A stretch of 64,000 bases of DNA from Arenicellales bacterium (GTDB lineage: Bacteria; Pseudomonadota; Gammaproteobacteria; Arenicellales; JAJDZL01), in NCBI GenBank assembly GCA_965243305.1, contig CBDEUN010000003.1, positions 150,286-214,285 on the forward strand, given 5' to 3'. Below are positions 25,462-37,206 of the stretch, piece after piece (positions within the stretch are counted from its first letter, which is position 1; every line of letters begins with the position of its first letter). A program made the position numbers and the translations under genes. The notes below the pieces were generated by a model. The model saw only the letters and a program-made list of their open reading frames with translations, had not been told where the DNA came from and did not search any database.

Positions 25462-28101
25462 TCAGGCAGCTGACTCTGTCAATTCGACGCTAGCCTGAAT
25501 AAATTCAAACTTGCCGTCATCCCAGATCACTTCAATCGTTTCACCAGGGGTGAATAGACCATCAAGAATTTTTCTCGCTAACGGATTTTCGATTTCACTT
25601 TGTATTGCTCTTCGCAATGGTCGTGCACCGTAAACCGGATCAAATCCGACTCTGGCAATCTGATCCAGTGCATCTTCACTAATCTCGAGTGTCAAACCTC
25701 GGCTAGCGAGCCGATCATGCAGATACTTGATCTGATTACGCGCAATTTCTCGGACATGTTCACGAGACAGGCTATGAAACACGATGATGTCATCAATCCG
25801 ATTGATGAACTCTGGTCGGAAATTCCTCTCAACGACAGCGAGTACCGCCGATTCCATTTTCTTGTAATCATCCCTACCGTTTTGAACCTGTTCGACGTTT
25901 CCTGTCACGCGTCCACTCATTTCCTGAATCAAGTCCGACCCAAGATTTGAAGTCATTACAACAACTGAATTGCGAAAATCCACCGTTCTTCCATGACCAT
26001 CCGTTAATCGACCGTCATCCATCACCTGCAGCAGCACGTTGAAAACATCCGGATGCGCTTTTTCAATTTCATCGAGAAGTATCACGCAGTACGGCCGTCT
26101 TCTAACCAACTCAGTCAGGTGTCCTCCCTCTTCATATCCGACATATCCGGGCGGTGCTCCGATTAATCGCGCAACAGAGTGCTTTTCCATGAACTCTGAC
26201 ATGTCAATTCGAATCAAGGAATTTTCATCATCGAACAAAAATTCAGCGAGTGCCTTCGACAATTCGGTTTTACCAACACCCGTGGGTCCAAGAAACAGGA
26301 ATGTTCCCGTCGGCTGGTTGGGATCAGACAGTCCGGTTCTTGAACGTCGAATGGCGTTCGCCACGGCCGATATGGCCTTCTCCTGCCCAATCACTCTCTC
26401 ACCAATCTTGCTTTCCATTTTGAGAAGCTTGGATCGCTCACCTTCAAGCATCTTGCTGACCGGAATTCCCGTGGCACTTGAAATGACTTCGGCGATTTCA
26501 TCTTCGGTAACGCTGCTTTTCATGAGCTCAAACTCACGCTTTTCATCCGACCTTGAGTACTCCAGTTGACGCTCCAAATCTGGAATGGTCTGGTTGTGCA
26601 GCATAGCAAGCCGCTCCAAGTCTCCATTTCTATTGGCATTGACTGCTTCAATGCGTGCCGCTTCCAGCTGCTCCATGATGTGCTGAGAGCTCATAACGGA
26701 GGCTTTTTCGCGATTCCAGACCTGGTCAAGTTCGGAATACTCGCGCTGTAAATTAGAAAGTTCAGTTTCAAGCTTGCTCAAGCGCTTTTTCGACTCCTGA
26801 TCAGTCTCATTTTTGAGAGCCTCGCGCTCGATTTTCAATTGAATGATCTTTCGATCAAGCTTGTCAAGTGCTTCCGGTTTTGAATCGATTTCGATACGAA
26901 TCCGGCTTGCCGCCTCATCAATCAAGTCGATTGCTTTGTCGGGAAGATTGCGATCGGTAATGTAGCGTTGAGACAGATTCGCTGCCGCGATGATTGCCGG
27001 GTCGGTGATATCAACACCGTGGTGAATTTCGTATTTCTCCTTAATGCCGCGAAGCATTGCAACAGTGCTCTCTATGCTGGGTTCCTGGACAATAATCTGC
27101 TGAAAGCGTCGCTCCAAAGCGGCATCCTTTTCAATGTTTTTACGATACTCGTCCAGAGTCGTGGCGCCAACACAATGAAGTTCGCCGCGCGCCAGCGCCG
27201 GTTTGAGCATATTGCCGATATCCATTGAACCTTCGGCTTTACCCGCACCAACCATCGTGTGCAGTTCATCGATGAACAGAATTATCTGACCTTCCTGACC
27301 CGACAGATCTTTCAGTAAACCCTTGACCCGTTCTTCAAATTCACCGCGGAATTTGGTTCCTGCAATCAGCAGACCCAAGTCAAGTGCCAGCAATCGTTTG
27401 CCTTTCAGACCTTGTGGGACTTCACCATTCACAATTCGCTGTGCCAGACCCTCAACAATTGCCGTTTTACCGACTCCAGGTTCACCGATCAGTACCGGGT
27501 TGTTCTTCGTGCGTCGCTGCAATACCTGAATGGTTCTGCGTATTTCATCGTCTCGCCCGATTACAGGATCGAGTTTGCCTTGCTCAGCTCTTTCGGTGAG
27601 ATCAATCGTAAACTTCTCCAGCGCTTGACGCTGATCTTCGTCGGAGGCATCTTTGACCTGCTCACCTCCACGCATCTGATCAATCTTTTGAGACAGAATG
27701 TTGGGGGTGGTACCGGAATTACGAAGAATGGCACCGCAGCGTTTTTTGTCATCAAACGCGGCGAGAATCACCAACTCACTGGAGATAAATCGGTCTCCGC
27801 GCTCCTGAGCCAATCGATCAGCTCGATTTAACAATTTTGCCAAATCGTTGGAGATATGCATCGCTCCATCTGAGCCCTCCACCTGAGGAAGACTGTCAAG
27901 ATACTTGCTCATCTCAGACTGAAGTTTCAGCAGGTTAACTCCTGACTGTGTCAACAGATGTGAGACGGTGCCGCCCTTTTGGTTGACGAGTGCAACAACA
28001 AGGTGAGCCGGTTCTATGAACTGATGGTCTCGACCTACAGCAATGCTCTGTGCTTCAGCTAGCGCGTTTTGTAGATGCTTTGTAAATTTTTCTGGATTCA
28101 T
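25462..28101 (-). CDS. clpB: Chaperone ClpB
   Basis: Two AAA domains ([16 protein letters not shown]) with a coiled-coil middle domain. Confidence 0.97.
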   Translation of the reverse strand: MNPEKFTKHLQNALAEAQSIAVGRDHQFIEPAHLVVALVNQKGGTVSHLLTQSGVNLLKLQSEMSKYLDSLPQVEGSDGAMHISNDLAKLLNRADRLAQERGDRFISSELVILAAFDDKKRCGAILRNSGTTPNILSQKIDQMRGGEQVKDASDEDQRQALEKFTIDLTERAEQGKLDPVIGRDDEIRRTIQVLQRRTKNNPVLIGEPGVGKTAIVEGLAQRIVNGEVPQGLKGKRLLALDLGLLIAGTKFRGEFEERVKGLLKDLSGQEGQIILFIDELHTMVGAGKAEGSMDIGNMLKPALARGELHCVGATTLDEYRKNIEKDAALERRFQQIIVQEPSIESTVAMLRGIKEKYEIHHGVDITDPAIIAAANLSQRYITDRNLPDKAIDLIDEAASRIRIEIDSKPEALDKLDRKIIQLKIEREALKNETDQESKKRLSKLETELSNLQREYSELDQVWNREKASVMSSQHIMEQLEAARIEAVNANRNGDLERLAMLHNQTIPDLERQLEYSRSDEKREFELMKSSVTEDEIAEVISSATGIPVSKMLEGERSKLLKMESKIGERVIGQEKAISAVANAIRRSRTGLSDPNQPTGTFLFLGPTGVGKTELSKALAEFLFDDENSLIRIDMSEFMEKHSVARLIGAPPGYVGYEEGGHLTELVRRRPYCVILLDEIEKAHPDVFNVLLQVMDDGRLTDGHGRTVDFRNSVVVMTSNLGSDLIQEMSGRVTGNVEQVQNGRDDYKKMESAVLAVVERNFRPEFINRIDDIIVFHSLSREHVREIARNQIKYLHDRLASRGLTLEISEDALDQIARVGFDPVYGARPLRRAIQSEIENPLARKILDGLFTPGETIEVIWDDGKFEFIQASVELTESAA

Positions 28102-28246
28102 CAATACCCTTACTGAATTTCATGGTAATCTTGCTAAATTCAGATATGGGGTGGATTAAAAAAAATTCAATGAATCCCAAATTAAGAAGGGGTTTCAGCA
28201 AGGTACTGATTACAAGGCGATTTCATGCCTCGCTCAAAACCGGAAT

Positions 28247-29806
28247 CTATGCTATTTCATGTGCATCAAACTCATCCCGGAGCTTGGTCAACGCGGTTTT
28301 TCCAAGTGCCGTTCTCGGCAAATCCTCAATCACTGCACAACGGACTACATGATTGTGTGATGATGTATGGGTATTGAAATCTTTCAGGATTTCTTTAGCC
28401 CGCGGTCCGCATTGTTCGGGATCGTCCATCGCAAAAACAACCGCTGGTCGCTGATCAACTTCGATGATACCGGCCTCTTTGACTCCGTCATAGCGCTCAA
28501 GCAACGTTTCGAGTTCTTCCGGATACACGTTTTTTCCAGCTTCGGTCACGATGATGCGTTTCAGCCTGCCGGTCAGGCACAGATTACCCGATGCATCTAT
28601 ACGACCAATGTCACCCGTGCGGAACCATTCACCTTTCATCACTTCATTTGTGAGCGCTTCATCCGAGTATCCCAGCATTACATTGTGTCCTCGAACCAGA
28701 ACCTCTCCACTACCCAAATCGTCTGGTTCATCAATGGAAACTTCAACGCCTTCAAGCGCATAGCCAACACTATCAAAATTCGCAGGAAAAGCTTCCTGTA
28801 CACAAGTCACTGGCGAAGTTTCGGTTAGCCCGTATCCCTGTCGCAGACTGATTCCCAGTTTGCGAAAAAACCTGGCGATGCTGGGGTCGAGGCGACTCCC
28901 GCCGCTCACCCAATACCTTAAATTCGGACTCAACTGCTTACGCAGTGGCGCATTCAGTACGCGCCGGAGACCTAACGGTAGCGCTCCGAGCAACGAAATG
29001 TAGCCGCGTAGCAGAAAACTGCCTTCGCTGAACTTTTTCTCCATGCCATTTTTGATGTTTCGATAAAGCCTCGGTACAGCCAGTACAACTGACACCTGTT
29101 CTTCTTTCATTGCATCAAAAACTTCCTGAGCAGTCAGCACCTTGGGTAGAACAATCGAGGCTCCACAATACAGGGGAAGAAGCATTCCGCCCACCAGTTC
29201 AAAGGTATGGGAGAGAGGCAGCAAGCTTAGAAACTTATCTTTTTCATTAATGGTGACAATCTTGCTGCAGGCTGTAAAGTTTGAAGAAATGTTCGAGTGA
29301 GAGAGCCGTACAATCTTTGGTGTACCTGTGGAACCAGAGGTATATATCCTCAAGCATTCTTCTGAACTTAAATCGTTCAAAGGTTCGCCTAATTCCTGCC
29401 CGGCAAGTTCCGAACTGATCTCAATGTCTACAATCTGAAATTCGACTCCGTCCAATTTTGAACCGGGTTGATGCGCGAGAATCAACTTTGGCTGCACTAC
29501 CTCCAACTGGGTACGAATGTCGGCTTCGCTGTTACCAATGTGAACAGGGGACAATACAGCGCCGATTTTCCACACCGCAAACGAAGCGACACCCCACTCT
29601 GGGCCGTTTGGGCCAACCAAGGCAACTGTATCCCCTTGGGCAACGCCAAGTTGACGAAGCTTGGCAGCCAAATTTAATGCACCATCATGAATTTGACCAT
29701 AGCTGTAATTGGTTGAAGGGGCATTCTTAACTCGTCGCGTCCAGGCGACATTTGACTTATTCGACTCAAGTCGAGGAGCCATTACTTTCCATAAATCTTG
29801 CGACAT
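28247..29806 (-). CDS. AMP-binding long-chain acyl-CoA synthetase-like protein
   Basis: YTSGSTGTPK, QGYGLTETSP, FRTGDIG, GKNVYPEELE. Confidence 0.88.
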   Translation of the reverse strand: MSQDLWKVMAPRLESNKSNVAWTRRVKNAPSTNYSYGQIHDGALNLAAKLRQLGVAQGDTVALVGPNGPEWGVASFAVWKIGAVLSPVHIGNSEADIRTQLEVVQPKLILAHQPGSKLDGVEFQIVDIEISSELAGQELGEPLNDLSSEECLRIYTSGSTGTPKIVRLSHSNISSNFTACSKIVTINEKDKFLSLLPLSHTFELVGGMLLPLYCGASIVLPKVLTAQEVFDAMKEEQVSVVLAVPRLYRNIKNGMEKKFSEGSFLLRGYISLLGALPLGLRRVLNAPLRKQLSPNLRYWVSGGSRLDPSIARFFRKLGISLRQGYGLTETSPVTCVQEAFPANFDSVGYALEGVEVSIDEPDDLGSGEVLVRGHNVMLGYSDEALTNEVMKGEWFRTGDIGRIDASGNLCLTGRLKRIIVTEAGKNVYPEELETLLERYDGVKEAGIIEVDQRPAVVFAMDDPEQCGPRAKEILKDFNTHTSSHNHVVRCAVIEDLPRTALGKTALTKLRDEFDAHEIA

Positions 29807-30001
29807 CTCTAATCTCCTCCAGATTATCGCTGGCTAGAGGCGATAATCGTGGTCAACACCTTGTGCACATTTTTTTTTCGGCACTTCTCAAATTCTACAC
29901 GAATAGAATAAGATTTAAAAATGTTCGTCGAATTCGATTGATGTACCAATCGGAATCGTACGCATTTCAGAATTGGCAAGGTAATTTACACCGATTGATG
30001 T

Positions 30002-30850
30002 ATGCAGAAATTAAAACTGCCAGACGATCTATCTAAAGTAGTTAAGACTGCACTTCGAGAGGACATTGGGCCGGGCGACATAACCGCTTCACTGATTGCA
30101 CCAGGCATTCAGGCATCCGCTCGTGTCCTGGTCCGGGAATCAGCGATTCTATGCGGTTCGCCCTGGTTTAACGAGGTGTTCAATCAAATCGATGACTCGG
30201 TGAAGCTCGAGTGGTTGGCTGAAGAGGGCGACAAAATTTCACCTGGTCAAACAGTTTGCAAATTAAGCGGTGATGCAACTTCCCTACTGAGCGGCGAACG
30301 CACAGCATTGAATTTTCTTCAAACCCTTTCCGGCACCGCAACTGCTACTCGAAAATTTGCGGATGCAGTTGCAGAATTTGGTGTTCGTATCCTAGATACT
30401 AGAAAAACGATCCCAGGCTTAAGAACTGCCCAAAAGTATGCGGTCCGCATAGGTGGTGGTACCAACCACCGGCTGGGACTTTATGACGGTGTACTAGTCA
30501 AAGAAAACCATCAATACATTTTACAATCAACGAAATCAATCGTTGACCAGATGGGTCAACGTCACATCAAGGTGAATTTAGTCGAAGTAGAAATTGAAAA
30601 GCTTGATGAGCTTGAAAACGCAATCGCAAGTGGTGCCAACCGAGTGATGCTGGACAACTTCAGTGTTTCTGACATAGAAGCGGCTGTGCGTCAAAACAAT
30701 CGCAGAGTTGAACTTGAAGCATCCGGAAATGTTGATCTGGATTCCATCCAGGCAATCGCTGCGACCGGCGTTGATTTCATTTCAACAGGTGCGATCACCA
30801 AACATCTGCAGGCCATCGATTACTCGATGTTATTTGATTCGGAAGACTAG
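30002..30850 (+). CDS. nadC: Quinolinate phosphoribosyltransferase
   Basis: ERTALNFLQ, DTRKT.PG.R, NHRLGLYD, MLDNF, EASG. Confidence 0.96.
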   Translation: MQKLKLPDDLSKVVKTALREDIGPGDITASLIAPGIQASARVLVRESAILCGSPWFNEVFNQIDDSVKLEWLAEEGDKISPGQTVCKLSGDATSLLSGERTALNFLQTLSGTATATRKFADAVAEFGVRILDTRKTIPGLRTAQKYAVRIGGGTNHRLGLYDGVLVKENHQYILQSTKSIVDQMGQRHIKVNLVEVEIEKLDELENAIASGANRVMLDNFSVSDIEAAVRQNNRRVELEASGNVDLDSIQAIAATGVDFISTGAITKHLQAIDYSMLFDSED

Positions 30851-30864
30851 CGCCTGATGCTCAA

Positions 30865-31407
30865 CTATGAGCGATTGGAGTACACTTCAAACAGATTCTT
30901 CAGTTCCGAAATTAGCGAATCTTTTGTTGTAGCGCCAACCTTTGTGTAGACGATTTCACCGTCAGGTGAAACAATGAATGTGGTTGGTAAACCTTTGAGT
31001 GGTTCAAACGGAATGAGAGGGCTTTCCCCAACCCGTAGAATGAGGTAGTTGATTTTCAAACCCTCAATAAACTTCTTGAGCCTGGCAGTCTCAATCTCTT
31101 CAAAATCGATTCCAATCACCACCACTGGAACGGGATCGCTCAGTTTTGAAATTTCGATTAAATCTGGAATTTCTTTAAGGCAGGGACTACACCAGGTTGC
31201 CCAAAAATTGACAACCACCCACTCTCCACGAAAATCAGACAAACTATGCATTTGCCCATCGGGGTCTGGCAAGGTAAAGTCAACTGCCTGGTTGGACCAT
31301 ACACTGCCTGAGTACAACAGCAAGGCAGCGCATAGAAATATCCCAGTGAAGTCACTTCGCGAGTCTTTCAGCGATTTTCTACTTCCGAGTTCCATCAATT
31401 CACCCAA
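30865..31407 (-). CDS. TlpA-family thiol:disulfide reductase (start uncertain)
   Basis: VNFWATWCSPC and GLPTTF motifs after a signal or membrane segment. Confidence 0.88.
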   Translation of the reverse strand: MGELMELGSRKSLKDSRSDFTGIFLCAALLLYSGSVWSNQAVDFTLPDPDGQMHSLSDFRGEWVVVNFWATWCSPCLKEIPDLIEISKLSDPVPVVVIGIDFEEIETARLKKFIEGLKINYLILRVGESPLIPFEPLKGLPTTFIVSPDGEIVYTKVGATTKDSLISELKNLFEVYSNRS

Positions 31408-31492
31408 CTCAAATCATTACGTCATTAGATGGAATTGAATTCAATTTTGTGTCATTCTCACTAGCAGCAATCCCTGACTTCTCGGCGATATT

Positions 31493-31521
31493 TTGACAAT
31501 CTTAAATAATTCACTTATGAT
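31493..31521 (+). promoter_or_regulatory. Sigma70-like promoter
   Basis: TTGACA-17 nt-TATGAT upstream of the rhodanese gene. Confidence 0.55.
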
Positions 31522-31613
31522 ATAAGAATTCGAAAGTTTAACCTCGGGCTACAGACACCTGAGATTGAGCTAAAGCAGAATTGATAACTGATACTCTTTG
31601 GAGGGTCTAAATA

Positions 31614-32270
31614 ATGCACAAACAATGTATAGCAATTCTAAGCGGCATCTTCATGGCTGGAGCGGCGCTGGTTACCTTTGCTGAATCTAAACCTGTTGGA
31701 ATTACTCCCGAAATCATGTCGATCCCGGTAATGATTGACGGTGCCACAGTAGAATTCAAACGAAATCAAGACAACAACAACACCGTAAATCCGGCGTTCG
31801 CGAAGACATCTCGGCCCTGCCCGCCTTTCTGCATTCAACCCTCAAACCTCGCATTTGGCGTCGAAACGATTGGTGAAGTCGAACTGATGGGTTATGCGAA
31901 ACAGATGAATGAAGGCGATAGCAGCATTATCGTCATTGACTCAAGAACTCCAGATTGGGTTGAGCGTGGTACTATTCCAACAGCATTGAATATTCCATGG
32001 ACCAATCTGAATCCTGCAAAAGGTGCAACTCCGCTGGAAATTGCAGAAATTCTTGAAACCCACTTCAATGTTACCGAAAGTGAAGGACTGTTTGACTTCT
32101 CGCAATGCCGAACTGCAGTCATGTTCTGCAACGGCATGTGGTGCGGACAATCACCAAATAACATCAAAAATCTATTGCGACTGGGTTACCCATCCAATAA
32201 GATCAAATGGTATCGCGGCGGAATGCAGGACTGGGAAATTCTCGGACTGACTACCACAGCGTCCAATTAA
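31614..32270 (+). CDS. Exported rhodanese-like domain protein
   Basis: Signal peptide, CPPFC, IDSRT..W...TIP.A.NIP, FCNGMWCGQS, WYRGGMQDW. Confidence 0.85.
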   Translation: MHKQCIAILSGIFMAGAALVTFAESKPVGITPEIMSIPVMIDGATVEFKRNQDNNNTVNPAFAKTSRPCPPFCIQPSNLAFGVETIGEVELMGYAKQMNEGDSSIIVIDSRTPDWVERGTIPTALNIPWTNLNPAKGATPLEIAEILETHFNVTESEGLFDFSQCRTAVMFCNGMWCGQSPNNIKNLLRLGYPSNKIKWYRGGMQDWEILGLTTTASN

Positions 32271-32293
32271 GTTCGCTTAACATTCGTTAACTG

Positions 32294-32333
32294 AAAAAAC
32301 CGCTCTTGGCTCAACGGCCAAGAGCGGTTTTTT
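32294..32333. terminator. Bidirectional intrinsic terminator
   Basis: AAAAAACCGCTCTTGGC / GCCAAGAGCGGTTTTTT hairpin between convergent genes. Confidence 0.8.
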
Positions 32334-33282
32334 TGTTGGATTCAAAATTAGTGGAATCATCTTTCAGCGCCAAAATTAGCTCCCGCATATCCTGCGGCAC
32401 TCCCGATTCCCAATGACGTCGCTCACCCGATTGCGGATGATTCAGTTCCAACAACTCCGCGTGCAGAGCCTGCCTGCTAAATTTGGTCAAAATCTGAACT
32501 AAGGATTCGCTTGCCCCTACAGGAATCCTGGGACGTGTACCATAATCGGGATCACCAACAACGGGAATCCCTTCGTGTTTGAAATGCACCCGGATCTGGT
32601 GAGTTCGGCCAGTTTCAAGCGTTACCCTAACCAGTGTGTGAGCTCGGAAGCGAGTAACAACGCGGTAATGACTGACCGCCGGCTTGCCTGAACCGGCAGT
32701 CATGCGCTTTCGATCATGGCGATACCGCCCGACTGCCACATCAATCGTACCACCTGAAATCAGCCGTCCTTCCACGACCGCGATGTAACGCCGTCCTGCC
32801 GTTCTGGCTTTGAACTGTTTGATCAGGTTAATACGAGCTGCTTCGGTTCTTGCAACCACGAGCAACCCTGATGTATTCTTGTCCAGTCGATGAACAATTC
32901 CTGCACGCGGCAATCTCTCGAGCGACTGGTCGTGATTGAGCAAGCCGTTCAACAGCGTTCCATACGCATTTCCGGCGCCAGGATGCACAACCATACCTGC
33001 AGGCTTATTCACAACGATGACCGACTCGTCCTCAAATACAACATCAATTGGAATATCCTCTGCAGTCCATTCGCCTGCTGCAACTTCGGGAACGTCAATT
33101 TCGACAGATTCTCCTCCTGAAACAGCCACTCTCCGATTAGGCTGAGCACCGTCGAGTTTAACGCGCCCTGAATCCAGCCAACCTTGAATTGTTGTGCGCG
33201 AATGGTCAGGTATCAACGATGCAAGTGCCTTGTCCAGCCGTTGACCCCTACACTCTTCCGGGATTGTTAATTTAATGCGCAC
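32311..33282 (-). CDS. rluD: 23S rRNA pseudouridine synthase D
   Basis: S4 domain, NKPAG.VVHP, HRLDKNTSG, GRTHQIRVH; divergent from bamD. Confidence 0.95.
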   Translation of the reverse strand: MRIKLTIPEECRGQRLDKALASLIPDHSRTTIQGWLDSGRVKLDGAQPNRRVAVSGGESVEIDVPEVAAGEWTAEDIPIDVVFEDESVIVVNKPAGMVVHPGAGNAYGTLLNGLLNHDQSLERLPRAGIVHRLDKNTSGLLVVARTEAARINLIKQFKARTAGRRYIAVVEGRLISGGTIDVAVGRYRHDRKRMTAGSGKPAVSHYRVVTRFRAHTLVRVTLETGRTHQIRVHFKHEGIPVVGDPDYGTRPRIPVGASESLVQILTKFSRQALHAELLELNHPQSGERRHWESGVPQDMRELILALKDDSTNFESNKKTALGR

Positions 33283-33457
33283 TTGATTCTTTTATTGAGT
33301 TGCTATCAGATGACCAAGTTTTAAATGAGCACGGTCAAATAGAAAAGTGACTCTCACTCCAAATCAATATAATTGAATCGAATTCGATATTACGAAGGTT
33401 CCGTAACCCGCAAATCCCTCAGCCATCCGGCGTAGAAATAAACTGCGAGCAAAATAT

Positions 33458-34261
33458 ATGAAAAGAATAACCCGGTTAGCTATTATTCTGGCAGTCATTC
33501 CCATCTTGATGCTGCCCGGCTGTGGGAAAAAGGACGTTATCAAGTCCGAACGGGAAATGTATGAATCTGCATATAATGCCCTGTCCCGCGCCCGCTATGA
33601 AACGGCTATTGAACGTTATGAAGCACTAAGAGCAGCCTATCCGTATGGAGAGTTGTCGACTCAGGGCGACCTTGAGATCTGTTATGCCTACTACAAGACG
33701 AAGCAGTTCGAGTTGACGGCACCTTGTATAGATCGATTCCTGGCAGACCATCCAACACATTCACAGATTGATTACGCGTACTACCTGAAAGGTCTTGCCC
33801 TGCTTCCAGTGCGTCCCCCAAAATTTGGCGAGACTTTTTTTCGAAGCAAATCTGATTTGACCGATCACGATGCCGAAACGGGACGAGAAGCATACGCAGC
33901 CTTTACCGAAGTCATTGAAAGATTTCCGTTGAGCGAGTACGCGGACGCTTCTCGGGAAAAGCTGGTTCAATTGATTAACGTATTTGCGCGTCACGACCTT
34001 CAAATTGCTCTGTTTTATCTGGAAAGGAAAGCATACATCGGTGCGGCTAATCGTGCATCGCGCGTGCTCAAACGGTATGAATCATCACCCTATACCGAAG
34101 AAGCGCTTGCGATTCTTGTCTATGCTTACGACAGGATGAATTTGCCGGAGCTGTCAGCCGATAATCGGCGAGTCCTTCAGTTCAATTACCCAGCCAGTAT
34201 CTACCTGACAGACGTGAGTGCGATATTTGATGACGCAGCACTAGAGTCTGATATCGAGTAA
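33458..34261 (+). CDS. bamD: Outer-membrane assembly lipoprotein BamD
   Basis: Lipobox LPGC, TPR-like repeats, HPTH..IDYAYYLKGL; canonical position opposite rluD. Confidence 0.9.
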   Translation: MKRITRLAIILAVIPILMLPGCGKKDVIKSEREMYESAYNALSRARYETAIERYEALRAAYPYGELSTQGDLEICYAYYKTKQFELTAPCIDRFLADHPTHSQIDYAYYLKGLALLPVRPPKFGETFFRSKSDLTDHDAETGREAYAAFTEVIERFPLSEYADASREKLVQLINVFARHDLQIALFYLERKAYIGAANRASRVLKRYESSPYTEEALAILVYAYDRMNLPELSADNRRVLQFNYPASIYLTDVSAIFDDAALESDIE

Positions 34262-34321
34262 AACGGGTAACATCAAACCCACAAAACCTGCTCCAGTCAA
34301 CAAAACGACTGGACTCAAACA

Positions 34322-35944
34322 TCAGAACTTGCTGGTGATCGGATAACGTCTGTCGCGTCCAAATGCACGTGAAGTAATCCTCACCCCAGGCGGGGCCTGC
34401 TTGCGTTTGTATTCGTTTCGATTGATCATCCTGACAACGCGGCGAACCGTTTCGAGCTCGAACCCATCCTCAGCTATTTCTTCGATTGAACGAACATCCT
34501 CGACATATGCCTCAATTATTGCATCCAGTTCTTCATAAGGCGGTAATGAATCGCTGTCCTTCTGATCATCCGCGAGTTCCGCGGTGGGTGGTCGATCAAA
34601 CACCCGTTGGGGAATAACCGCTCCAAATTTAGCATTTCGATATCTGGCCAGTTCGTAAACCATCATTTTCGGCACATCCTTTATTGCAGAAAATCCACCA
34701 GCCATATCGCCGTAAAGTGTGGAATATCCAACTGCGACCTCACTTTTGTTTCCAGTCGTAATCACAATTGAATTGCTCTTATTGGAGATGGCCATGAGCA
34801 GAGTTCCTCGACAGCGAGCCTGAACATTCTCCTCAGTTACACCGACGCTGTATCCCTCGAACCTTGGGCGCAACTGATCGAGAAATGCTTGAAAAATCGG
34901 TTCAATGGAAATGATTGTCCACCTCACTCCAAGCGCCTCCGCTTCAGATTTAGCATCGTCGATACTCATTTGCTGGGTATAGCGCGACGGCATGAGTACA
35001 GCTTCCACATTTTCAGGACCCAAGGCATCGGCCAGAATTGCAAGGGTCAACGCTGAATCAATTCCACCCGACAATCCGATTACTGCACCTCGAAAGCCAT
35101 TTTTTTGCACGTAGTCCCGTACACCCAGGGTAATCGCACTATATATGCTCTCCACAGGGTTGGGAGTTGGTTCAACTGTACCGGATAGGCACTCCACCCG
35201 GTCACGATGTGCGAACCGAGTTGGTACCACAGCCTCCTCAAAGTGTTTGGCGCGAAACCGGATTTCTCCACTTGGGTCGGTTACAAGCGAACCGCCATCG
35301 AAAACCAATTCGTCCTGACCACCAACCAGATTGACATAAACAATACTGACTGCGTTTTTCTTACTGCGAGCCGCGACAATTTCGTTTTCCCGGTATTCAA
35401 TTTTGCTGGTATCGAATGGCGAACCGTTGAGCGTGAAAATGATCTCAGCTCCACTTTCAACACAGCGTTCTACCGGCCCGTCTTCCCAAACGTCTTCACA
35501 GATGGTGAGGCCTATGGGAATGTCATCCACCTTAACTACCTCCGTCCTGTCGCCCTGAGCAAAATAGCGCTTTTCGTCAAAAACACCATAGTTGGGCAAG
35601 TGGTGCTTGTGGTAGGTAGCAAGAATTTTTCCAGAGTCGATCAGCGAAGCCGAGTTAAACAGCTTATCTTCCGAGCGGCACGGGTGACCGACAACGAGTG
35701 TGATTCCCGAAACCGCCTCAACCAGGCGACTCAACGCTGATTCACAATCGGAGAGAAACTCTGATCGCTGAAGCAGATCTTCGGGAGGATAGCCGCAAAT
35801 TGCGAGCTCCGGAAATACAACGAAGCGACAGTTCAATCCATCGCGGGCGTAGACCGCCGCATCAGTGATTCGACCCACATTGCCAGCCAGGTCGCCCACC
35901 ACCAAGTTCAATTGGGCTAACGCCACTCCAAAGTCTTCACTCAT
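34322..35944 (-). CDS. nadE: Glutamine-dependent NAD+ synthetase
   Basis: Nitrilase domain (FPEL..GYPPED, ICED) plus SGGIDS, TGNKSE, GYSTLYGD. Confidence 0.95.
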   Translation of the reverse strand: MSEDFGVALAQLNLVVGDLAGNVGRITDAAVYARDGLNCRFVVFPELAICGYPPEDLLQRSEFLSDCESALSRLVEAVSGITLVVGHPCRSEDKLFNSASLIDSGKILATYHKHHLPNYGVFDEKRYFAQGDRTEVVKVDDIPIGLTICEDVWEDGPVERCVESGAEIIFTLNGSPFDTSKIEYRENEIVAARSKKNAVSIVYVNLVGGQDELVFDGGSLVTDPSGEIRFRAKHFEEAVVPTRFAHRDRVECLSGTVEPTPNPVESIYSAITLGVRDYVQKNGFRGAVIGLSGGIDSALTLAILADALGPENVEAVLMPSRYTQQMSIDDAKSEAEALGVRWTIISIEPIFQAFLDQLRPRFEGYSVGVTEENVQARCRGTLLMAISNKSNSIVITTGNKSEVAVGYSTLYGDMAGGFSAIKDVPKMMVYELARYRNAKFGAVIPQRVFDRPPTAELADDQKDSDSLPPYEELDAIIEAYVEDVRSIEEIAEDGFELETVRRVVRMINRNEYKRKQAPPGVRITSRAFGRDRRYPITSKF

Positions 35945-36000
35945 CTATGAATATACTCTTAGAGAATTAGCATCCCAAAATCGCCTTAATGGAGTGATCA

Positions 36001-37206
36001 TTGGCTACAGAGATATCAGAACAAGAAAATTCGCTGGCATTTGAAATTGTGGACTCAATTGGCCAAATTAACGCACGAGACTGGAATCGCATCGTGCCCG
36101 CGGATTACCCGTTTCTGTTCCATGAATTTCTCCACGCACTGGAGGAATCAGGCTGTGTTTCGAAAAATACCGGTTGGGCACCGCAACACATTTTAATACG
36201 AAATCTAGCGAGTCAGAATCAGGAAGTCATCGGAGCAGCACCGCTTTACCTAAAAGGCCATTCCTGGGGTGAGTTTATATTTGATTTTAATTGGGCGCAC
36301 GGTTATGAGCAGGCGGGACTGAACTACTATCCAAAGTTGATCTCCCACACACCCTTTACACCGGTCACGTCTCCTAAACTACTCGTTCCGGATGACCATC
36401 GAGCCCCGAAGACCCGAAAGTTAATCGTCCGTACTGCACAAAAAATAGCTCGACAGTTTAATTTGTCGTCGACTCACTGGCACTTCATTTCTGAAGAAGA
36501 TTCCAAGACACTGGATTCGTTAGAATTTTTGAGTCGCGCCAGCACGTTTGAGTACATCTGGCACAACCAGGGCTATAGTTCTATGGACGACTTTCTTGGC
36601 GAACTCTCCAGTCGAAAGCGCAAGAAGATCAGAAGCGAGAGGCGTTCAATTGGCGAACAGGGAATTACTATCGATGTTGTACAAGGTGAGGAGCTTGAAC
36701 CGTCGCACTGGAAACTGATAGATCTCTTCATTCAGCAAACCGTTGAAAAATACCGTTCTCATAAGTACCTCTCCTTGGATTTTTTTCAAAGAATTGGACA
36801 AACGATTCCAGAGAATCTGGTGCTTTTTCTGGCGCACATCGATCAAAATCCAGTTGCTGGATCATTTTGCCTGCAAGGGAAAAACAAACTATTCGGCCGC
36901 TATTGGGGAACTCTAGCGGAATTTCGAAACCTTCATTTTGAAATGTGTTACTATGCAGCAATTGAATATTGCATCGATAGAGGCCTGAGCGAATACAGCG
37001 CAGGTGTGCAGGGAGATCACAAACTGAGCCGTGGATTCCTGCCCAGATTGGCCAGATCCAGCCATTCATTCCTGTCCCCATCAATTGAAGTGGAAATCGG
37101 TCACTATATTGACCGTGAAACTTCCCATATGCAAGCTTACTGTCAGGCACTTGATTACTATTCTGCATACGCCAAAAGGCCGACAGAGTCTGCTCTTCAT
37201 GAATAA
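36001..37206 (+). CDS. GNAT / FemAB-related (DUF482-like) protein
   Basis: PLYLKGHSWGEFIFD, YYPKL, LFGRYWG, LHFEMCYY, QGDHKLSRGF. Confidence 0.88.
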   Translation: MATEISEQENSLAFEIVDSIGQINARDWNRIVPADYPFLFHEFLHALEESGCVSKNTGWAPQHILIRNLASQNQEVIGAAPLYLKGHSWGEFIFDFNWAHGYEQAGLNYYPKLISHTPFTPVTSPKLLVPDDHRAPKTRKLIVRTAQKIARQFNLSSTHWHFISEEDSKTLDSLEFLSRASTFEYIWHNQGYSSMDDFLGELSSRKRKKIRSERRSIGEQGITIDVVQGEELEPSHWKLIDLFIQQTVEKYRSHKYLSLDFFQRIGQTIPENLVLFLAHIDQNPVAGSFCLQGKNKLFGRYWGTLAEFRNLHFEMCYYAAIEYCIDRGLSEYSAGVQGDHKLSRGFLPRLARSSHSFLSPSIEVEIGHYIDRETSHMQAYCQALDYYSAYAKRPTESALHE

